From an uncultured Methanosarcinaceae archaeon (GTDB lineage Archaea > Halobacteriota > Methanosarcinia > Methanosarcinales > Methanosarcinaceae), in contig CAVTET010000004.1 of assembly GCA_963733675.1 (NCBI GenBank), forward strand, positions 176,072 to 240,071: a stretch of DNA of 64,000 nucleotides, read 5' to 3'. Shown piece after piece: positions 63,373 to 64,000 of the stretch. How positions within the stretch are numbered: the stretch's first letter is position 1; every line of letters begins with the position of its first letter. Under the pieces are notes generated by a model. It made no database searches, was not told where the DNA came from, and saw nothing but the letters and a program-made list of their open reading frames with translations. The translations under genes and the position numbers were made by a program.

Positions 63373-64000
63373 TTACATGAGTTTAAAGTTTAGAAGACAC
63401 CACTGTAGAGAATCCTTATAATTAAGCCTGAAATCTACAACCTCGAAGTACTTATCAACCATTTTTTCATTGAAAGTAAAAATTTTGAATTTTCGGTCTG
63501 AAAAACAATGAATTATCTTGGAAAAAATCAGCGAGTACTTAAGGTGATTCCCTAACTCTATCTTGCAGAGAGACTTATATATGCCTAGATCTTTGAGATT
63601 TCCACAACACAGGCAAATTCCTGCGATCACTTCAGACGCAAATTGCCTTGGTATAATGGCATCTGTTAATTTTTCACCTGAAAAAGTATCTACAAATCCG
63701 GCAGTTTCCCTAACGATGAGACATCTAGAGCCAGTAGCTCTTCTTTTAATTATACCTCTTAGGATCCTATGGCCATGAATTTCATACTTGCCGAAAAAAT
63801 CATTTTTCCTTAGGAAGTCAAGGATGGATTTTGTAGGATATGAGAAATACTTGGCAACCCCGCTAATTCCAACAGAATAATAGATTTTGTGTGGAAAAAT
63901 CTGGCCATAGCCACCTCCAGCGATCCCAAAATAAAGTTCTAAATTATTATCCAGACGCTCTTTAATTTCGTTTTCTTTAGCAGATAATTCTGTAACTACA
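63373..64000 (-). CDS. second geranylgeranyl reductase paralog, 5'-truncated by the window edge; motifs degenerate
   Basis: The frame of tracked ORF 63373-63630 stays open to the window end by my translation (VVTELSAKEN...GGGYGQIFPH...IVRETAGFVDTFSGEKL...). It is colinear with the upstream paralog, but GDAAG is replaced by RETAG. Confidence 0.55.
   Translation of the reverse strand, partial: VVTELSAKENEIKERLDNNLELYFGIAGGGYGQIFPHKIYYSVGISGVAKYFSYPTKSILDFLRKNDFFGKYEIHGHRILRGIIKRRATGSRCLIVRETAGFVDTFSGEKLTDAIIPRQFASEVIAGICLCCGNLKDLGIYKSLCKIELGNHLKYSLIFSKIIHCFSDRKFKIFTFNEKMVDKYFEVVDFRLNYKDSLQWCLLNFKLM

Noticed and set aside
1-64000. Search for CRISPR arrays, tRNA and rRNA genes, and recognisable defence or toxin-antitoxin modules.
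   Set aside because: - I found no regularly spaced repeat-spacer array.
- I found no cloverleaf-compatible GC-rich ~75-nt islands with GTTCGAATC-like T-arms.
- The only PIN protein (11950-12315) sits in the conserved translation/transcription cluster rather than in a toxin-antitoxin pair.

Overview
This 64-kb window reads as a chromosomal segment of a Methanosarcina-type methanogen (order Methanosarcinales). That placement is inferred from gene content, and no species is claimed. All protein calls come from motif and family recognition by eye; no database search was run.

Intact genes:
- Lipid and purine metabolism: sn-glycerol-1-phosphate dehydrogenase and PurP.
- The conserved archaeal cluster aIF2-gamma / PIN / RpoE' / Spt4 / DUF359 dephospho-CoA kinase / S24e / S27ae.
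- Pyruvate:ferredoxin oxidoreductase porCDAB.
- Information processing: Dus, signal peptidase I, PolD small subunit, Taw1, aRF1 and ArgS.
- A MarR regulator with an ABC-2 exporter.
- The methanophenazine-reducing hydrogenase operon vhtGACD and the maturation cluster hypCDABE.
- A GNAT acetyltransferase, a PHP phosphoesterase, Orc1/Cdc6 and a thermosome subunit.
- A trio of genes linked to tetrahydromethanopterin biosynthesis whose functions are unknown, RNase P RNA, and two tandem geranylgeranyl-reductase paralogs.

By my own tally of the listed coordinates, only about 58% of the bases are intact genes. The rest is AT-rich sequence containing mobile-element debris:
- About 14 copies of a ~91-bp palindromic MITE-like repeat.
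- Four relics of one IS200-like element.
- One IS605-type tnpA/tnpB relic.
- One IS5-family element inactivated only by in-frame stop codons.
- Two relics of a DDE transposase.
- Several smaller repeat families.

The most unusual structure is an exact 238-bp inverted repeat at 33768-34287. It lies in a 4.4-kb gene-free island that also carries two related hairpin elements, short tandem repeats and a DUF1269 pseudogene. I found no CRISPR array, tRNA gene, rRNA gene or recognisable defence system.
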